A stretch of 64,000 bases of DNA. It comes from the human T2T-CHM13v2.0 reference genome, Homo sapiens. Each line of letters starts with the position of its first letter. Positions within the stretch are counted from its first letter, which is position 1. A program made the translations under genes and the position numbers. The stretch is from the NCBI RefSeq assembly GCF_009914755.1, contig NC_060928.1. One strand, given 5' to 3'. Positions 55,523 through 64,000 of the stretch are shown here, piece by piece. The notes below the pieces were generated by a model. It saw only the letters and a program-made list of their open reading frames with translations. It searched no databases and was not told the DNA's origin.

Positions 55523-56734
55523 CAGTCATGTGCCACATAATGACATTTTGTTCTACAGTGAACTGCATACATTATCACTGTTCCATAGATTATAAAGGAA
55601 GTGAAAAATTCCTATCACTTGGTAACGTAGTAGCTGTTCTAATGTTTTAGTGCAATACATTACACACGTGTTTGTGTGTGGTAATGTTGGTATAAACAAA
55701 CCTACCGCGTTGCCAGTTGTATAAATGTATATCATAGGCCATTATGTATAGTACACAAGACTTGAAATGATAATAAATGACAGTTAGTGGTTTATGTATT
55801 TACTACAGTAAATTTTTATCATTATTTTAGAGTGTTTCCTTCTACTTATCAGAAAAAGAAAGTTAACTATAAAGTAGCCTCAGGCAGGTCCTTAAAGAGG
55901 AATTCCAAAAGAAGGCACTGTTTCCATATGAGGTGACAGCTCCTTGCTTGCTTGTTCCCCTGAAGACATTCCAGTAGGACAAGATGTGGAGGTGGAAGAA
56001 AGTGATAATGGGTATCCTGACCCTGCCTGTGTAGGCCTAGGATAATGTGTGTGTTTGTGTCTTAATTTTTAACAAAACATTTAAAAAGTAAAAGAAAAAA
56101 AATTAAAAATTGTTAGAGAAAAAACTCATAGAATAAAGGTTTGAGAAAATATCTTGTGTAGCCATACAATATGCTTGTATTTTAAGCTAAGAGTTACAAA
56201 ATAGTGAAAACGTTTGAAAATTTAAAAAAAATATAAAGTAAAAAAGTTATAGTAACCTAAGGTTAATTTATTAGAGAAGTAAAAAATATTTTAAAAACAA
56301 TTTTAATTTAACCTAAGTGTACATCGTTTACAAAGTCTACAGTAGTGTACAGTAATGTCCTAAGCCCTCACATTCACTCACCAGTCACTCATTAACTTGC
56401 TCAGAACAAGTTCCAGTCCTGCAGTCTTCATTCATGGTAAGTGCCCTATACAGGTGTACCACTTTTTATCTTTTATATCATATTTTCACTGAGATTTTTC
56501 TATGTTTTGATATGTTTAGGTACACAAATACTTATCATCGTGCTACAACTGCCTACACAAATATGCTGTACAGATTTGTACCCTAGGGGAAATAGGTTAT
56601 AACATATAGTCTAGGTTGTAGTAGGCTATACCACAAAAGTTTGTGTCAGTAAACTCTATGATGTTTGCACACCATCAAAATTGCTTATCAACACATTTCT
56701 TGAGTGTATCTCTGTGTTAAGGGACACAGGACTG
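55523..56734 (+). mobile_element. Tigger3b (Golem-derived) DNA transposon, complete non-autonomous copy
   Basis: ta|cagtcatgtgccacataatgac ... gttaagggacacaggactg|ta: TIRs with TA duplication; the L1 continues on both sides. Confidence 0.88.
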
Positions 56735-56770
56735 TATGCCACATTATCTTTATTCAATCATCTATTAATG

Positions 56771-58122
56771 GTGATATGGCTTGGCTGTGTCCCCACCAAA
56801 ATCTCATCTTGAATTGTAGCTCCCATAACATCATGTGTTGTGAGAGGGACCCGGTGGGAGGTAATTGAATAATGGGGGCAGATTTTTCCTGTGCTGTTCT
56901 TGTGATAGTGAATAAATTTCACGAGATCTGATGATTTTATAAAAAGCAGTTCTCCTACACATGCTCTCTTGCCTGCTACCATGTAAGACATGCCTTTGCT
57001 CTTCCTTCACCTTCCACCATAATTGTGAGGCCTCCCCAGTTATGTGGAGCTGTGAGTCCATTAAACCTTGTTTTCTTTATAAATTACCTGGTCTCAGGTA
57101 TTTCTTCACAACAGTATGAAAATGGACTAATACAGTAAATTGGTAACAGTAGAGTGCGGTACTGCTATTAAGATACCCCAAAATGTGGAAGCAACTTTGG
57201 AACTCAGTAACAGTCAGAGGTTGGAACAGTTTGGAGGGCTCATAAAAAGACAGAAAGATATAGGAAAGTTTGGAACTTCCTAGAGACTTGTTGAATGGTT
57301 TTGACCAAAAAGTCCAGCCTGAGGTGGTCTCAGATGGAGATGAGAAACGTATTGGGAACTGAAGCAAAGGTGATTCTTCCTATGCTTTAGCAAAGAGACT
57401 GGTGGCATTTTTTCCCTGCTGTAGAGATCTGTGGAACTTTGAACTTGAGAGAGATAATTTAGAGTATCTGGCAGATGAAATTTCTAAGCAGAAAAGCATT
57501 TAAGAAGTGACTTGGGTGTTGTTAAAGTCGTTCAGTTTTATGTATCCACAAAGATATAATTTGGAATTGGAACTTAACGTTTAAAAAGAAAGCAGAGCAT
57601 AACACTACAAAAAATTTGCAGCCTGATGATGCAATAGAAAAGAAAAACCAATTTTCTGAGGAGAAATTCAAGCTGGCTGCAGAAATTTGCATAAGTAACA
57701 AGGAGGCCATTGTCAATCACCTAGACAAAGGGGAAAATGTCTCTAGGGCATGTCAGAGGTTTTCATGGCATCCCCTCCCATCACAAGCTGGAAGGTGCAG
57801 GAGGAAAAAGTGGTTTGCTGGGAGGAAGCCCAGGGCCTTACTGCTTTGTGCAGTCTCGGAACTTGGTGCTCTGCATCCAGGCTTTGGCTAATAGGGGCCA
57901 ACGTGCAGCTCGGGTAGTTGTTTCCGAGGGTGCAAGTTCCAAGCCTTAGTAGTTTACACATGGTATTGGGCCTGCGGGTACACAGAAGTCAAGAATTGAG
58001 GTTTAGGAACCTCTGCCTAGATTTCAGAGGATGTATGAAAATGCCTGGATGCCCAGGCAGAGGTATGCTGCAGGGGTGGTGGCCTCATAAAGAACCTCTG
58101 CTAGGGTAGTGCAAAAGAGAAA
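56771..58122 (+). mobile_element. THE1 (C/D-like): 5' LTR 56771-57134 plus truncated internal region, no 3' LTR
   Basis: tgatatggcttggctgtgtccccacc...ggactaataca; PBS-like tggtaacagtagagtgcgg; internal sequence ends abruptly near 58122. Confidence 0.9.
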
Positions 58123-58248
58123 ACGTTATTTAATTCGTAAGTTAGTTTCAACAGTTTTTGGGTGGAAATTTTAGGGTTTTCTATATACAAATAATGTTTT
58201 CTATAAATGAAGACAATTTTGCTTTTTTCTGATTTGACTGGCCATTAA

Positions 58249-58627
<379 letters not shown>

Positions 58628-58680
58628 TGTCTTATTTCTTATCTTAGAGGAAGAGCTTTCAACTTTTCATTTTTGAATAT

Positions 58681-59905
<1,225 letters not shown>

Positions 59906-62900
59906 CATTTCTAAAGTTTTCAAATTACTTTTAACTCTTAGAATTATTTGAAAAATAAGTCACAAAAGCACTAACTAATGTTACAAAGAGAATAAATTAT
60001 TTTTATTACTGGGAATATGAAAGATGAAATCTGTAAAGTTGTGAATTGAAATTTGGGAGGAGAGATGGATGAAAGGTAAGGATGACTAATCTCTTTAATT
60101 TACAAAATGGGAGTAGAAATGCTGTTGTAGGTGATGGCATATCAACTAGAAATATAAATGTACTGTTTTTAGTGGACCCTTGGAAGAAGAAACAATAGAA
60201 ATTATAACTACACTGGAAATGGTGGGATAAGATGAAAAAGATATGTCAATTATGTCCATATCTATCATAGGAAGAGGTCAAGACAATATATCTCAAACAA
60301 GAACGAAAGTGGATGTTGGGAAAAATTAGTGGTGCCCTTCACAATCTGCCCTCCTATCACTTAGTGTCTAAATGCACTCTCCTCAGTGTAAATACACTAT
60401 ACTTACCCTTCAACAAGGGAAAGTCATAAAAGTCTCACCTATTCCAAGTTCAAGATTTCTGGCTTAGGTCATCATTTGCAAAGTTTTTACTAAATATTTT
60501 ACTACAGTTCACTACCTGGTTAATTTCAATTCAGGTTCTTTACTGAAAACAGCATCTAGAAAAACTAGATTTCTAAGTTCTATGCTTAGCCTTGCGTGAA
60601 GTTTAAATCAGTGGACTTTATAATTTGAAAATAATGCCTCACTTTGTCTTTCTGTATTTGAAGTTTTGAGATATGTATTTTGATTATTTTTTGCAAATTT
60701 TCACAGTAAACTCAAAAATTAAACTAGTATGCAAATCTCTGAAAACCCACAATTCATGGTTTTTTTAAAGCAATAGACTACATTGAAATCATTCAATGTG
60801 CTAGTGCTCCAATCAGTTTTTGGATCTTTCATTTCAATAAATTTTAGATTTGCATAGGGTCCAATGGCTAGATGAATAAGGGAAGGATACATAATGGAGG
60901 AAAGTTAGCTATCTCTTTTACAGAAGAAGACCATCGAAGACTTAAAAACAGAAATAATTAAATTGGTCTCAAGAGGGGTAGTTAAGGAAAGGATGAATTT
61001 TGTAGGGAAATCTTTGTTTTTATAATTAAAATGTTCTGGGGAACTTGATTTAAAATAATGTTGTATGTAGTATTTATGTTTTAGAAATTAAACTAGAAAA
61101 CAATATATAGCATTAAGAAAAGCAAGGAAAAAATAGAAATTATCCCCAATATTAAAGGAAGATGAGCAAATGTGTAGAACCAAAGAATAAACATGTATGT
61201 TTGATAATATATAATTTTGTAAAGTTTCTGACATAAAAATTTACATTGGCAGCTTTGGACAGCATTTATATAGAGAGAAGAAGAGTTCCACAGGTTAATA
61301 AAATGAAAGTGTTTCCTTCAACACCTGTAGTGTGGTTATTGAACATTTTAAATCTTGAAAAAGTATAAGAGAAATAAAAATATTAAGCAAAATAAATTAT
61401 ACTTTAGCTTTTCTATTTTGAAGTTCTTGTCCTAGTCACAAAGTAAAATTGGCAGTGGGAGACAGGCTTAGAAATGTGTGTTTATGTGAGAGCACATGTT
61501 TAAGACCATGTCAGGGGTGTTTGTGTGTATGTGTCTGTGTGATTGCAGAAAGAGAGGGCAAGGAAACTCTTTTAAATAATATAACTTCATGTTAGTTTTT
61601 AATTTTTTTAATAAGTTATTGTTAACTAATCGTCTCATTTCTGTTAGACACAATTTCAAGTACTTACATAGAAATATAGAATTTTAAAATAAAATGACAC
61701 ACTAGACAAAATAGATGTGTTTTGGCTTTATTTGTATTTGTCAGTTCTAATACCACATGACATTCACAGAAAGTTATAAAAGATAGAGCTGATAGAGCCT
61801 GCAGTCTATATGTATTATATATTCCCACATCCTTGATTTATAAATAGGAAAACTGCATCTTAAATTATATAGCTTATTCAAGATCATTGGACTAGTTATT
61901 GATGAATCTGTAAATAATACTCCACAAGTCTAAGTATTAATGAGAATTATGAGAATCAGGTGATGGAATTTCAATCATATATGGATAGAAATATCAACTG
62001 TAAGACACCCACTGATGCAGTGAAAATGACTTTTAAAAAGTTATTTTTAAAAAGATGAATGAATATATTTTTCAAAATAGATAGTTCAAAAAATATTGTA
62101 TTCTCACCCCAACATATATTTTTATATTTTACAACTACTTTAAATGTGTAAACCATATTTAATATCTGTTTTTATTTATGGCTGAGTTTGAAATATTCAA
62201 CATTGTGGAAATTACATTGAACTAAAGCATTTCCTTGAGACCACAGTTTTAACAATATTAGACATGTAAATATGTAATATAAGGATATTATTTTATTTAT
62301 ATTTTAAAGTCAGGACATTGATAGTAAGTAGGTACTGTTTCTTAAAATTAGCCCCAAAAGTATGTAATGTACAATGAATATAATAGTCACAAATACCTTT
62401 AAAATCATACACCTAGACACGTTTAAACTTTATTCATAGTGTTACAATGATTTATCATTTTTTTCTATAAAATGTTATCTTCTATTTTGAAGATGTCTCT
62501 GGAAAAGTATCACTCATATGTCCTGTAATGATTGAAGAGAATGTGTTCCAAGATATTAGTGATATTTAGTTAATTTAGTCATTAGAGAGATTCAATACAT
62601 TTTCAAGAGGACCAGGCATGATCATTTATGTTTCTTTGTTAAACATTAAGATAATAACCACTAGTTCTTCCTTCTCTTAAAATGAATGCATCATCATTAT
62701 GCAGCTTCTCTGTTGTCTCCTGATTATAACACTGGCCATGCACCAAAAGAGAACTCTGCACTGGAATCAACGATAAAGGCCAAGTGCACAGAGCAACATT
62801 TCTGCTTATGAAACTATTGCTGCTCTGCCACCCAGCAAAAACTTCATGAAATTCTATGTTAGCTGCTTCACTTCTTTTTGATATCTGAGAAGCCATTATT

Positions 62901-63230
62901 CCTTTAAGCCTATTATAAATAAGTGGGTTAAAGAAAAAAATATGAAACGTTAGTGGAGTGAAAGGAAAAGTTTATTCCCCACTGTGGCATATAATCACTG
63001 CACATGGCCTTCTGGATGTGGAAGGAATTGTTATTAAATGCAAGAAAATGTGGAAATGTTACAAGCTGGAATGTCTTCTTTTTAGCAAAGCTTAATATTT
63101 TCACTGTTAGTTTATTTTTCAGGAATAAGAAGTGTGTCCGATTTATTTCTTATTAGTATAAAAGATACACTAGGCAAGGTAGCAGAAAATGTGAAATGAA
63201 ATTTGGTTACATAGATTTTTAAATACATAC

Positions 63231-63448
63231 ATTTAAAATATCAGTTTGTTCTTATTATCTGCTTCAAGGACTGAACGTAACTCTTCACTTCTGGCAGCAT
63301 GAGAAATCATAGTTTTTGAAAACAGTAGGCAAAAATATTTTGACATTTTGGGATATGTTAAATATTTTATGAACCATGTGGGGCCAGTTAAATTTATTGC
63401 ATTAGCTAACTCTAAGCACATCAACTTTTTCAGTGGAAATAAACTAGT
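63231..63448 (-). other. Candidate downstream exon after an 82-nt intron
   Basis: Strong acceptor ttcttttcgttttcttttcag; contains ORF 63233..63424 in frame with the upstream candidate exon; 3' boundary uncertain. Confidence 0.35.
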
Positions 63449-63530
63449 CTGAAAAGAAAACGAAAAGAATATTTAAAGACATAATAAAAGAATATATACA
63501 GTGACTGTGACATTTAGAGCATTTACTTAC

Positions 63531-63596
63531 CCTCACAAGATTTAGTATTGGTAAGAATAGCCCAGAAATTCCTATTTTGGACTCAGCTGAATGTAA
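63531..63596 (-). other. Candidate 66-nt exon
   Basis: Acceptor catttccttttctatcag and donor AGG|GTAAGT on the minus strand; one open frame (LHSAESKIGISGLFLPILNLVR). Confidence 0.4.
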
Positions 63597-64000
63597 CTGA
63601 TAGAAAAGGAAATGTTTTACTGCTCCCTGGTGAGGAAAACACTTGATGGTGGTAATAAATCAATAATGAACAGCATCATACTTTCTACACCCTACAAATG
63701 CCAGGCTTCATACTAACAGAGTCTAGATAAGACATATCTGCATTCCATGAAGAAGTCAAATTATAAAAACTGTAAATTAAAAATATCACTCTCTATTGCT
63801 CTTAAAAGACAATTTCTCAGCGAATCAGTGATAATAGTCAAGCCTGTATGAAAATTACCTAACAAAACCCATATTTATTGTAATATTGCCTCTGTACTTA
63901 TAAAATAATTCAATAAATTGTAATTACTTCATGCCCAAAGCTAACTAGTAATTTAAGTATATAAATAAAAGCAAGTATCCATAATATATTGACGTTTTTG

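Overview
AT-rich, CpG-poor primate (human-like) genomic DNA made up mostly of interspersed repeats. I see no recognisable protein-coding gene, RNA gene or CRISPR array. It holds about 20 Alus, several L1 and L2 fragments, Tigger/Charlie DNA-transposon remnants, a near full-length minus-strand HERV-L provirus with MLT2A1-type LTRs (18742-25252; decayed gag-pro-RT-RNaseH-IN-dUTPase), and four MaLR elements with internal sequence (MST, two THE1, one ancient MLT1-type). Most ORFs in the track are repeat or microsatellite artefacts. The most unusual features are: (1) a GC-rich composite VNTR with a constant 17-bp anchor and a GCTGT-to-GGGGCY spacer gradient, inside an L1 5'UTR that keeps many CpGs; (2) a twin-priming-type L1 inversion (55020-59905); (3) a candidate minus-strand exon/82-nt intron/exon module with a continuous reading frame near 63.2-63.6 kb; and (4) DUX4-type motifs in the ERV-L/MaLR LTRs. 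I found no clear evidence of a wholly new biological system. Subfamily names are from memory of consensus sequences, and most repeat boundaries are approximate (roughly +/-10-30 bp, more for ancient elements).
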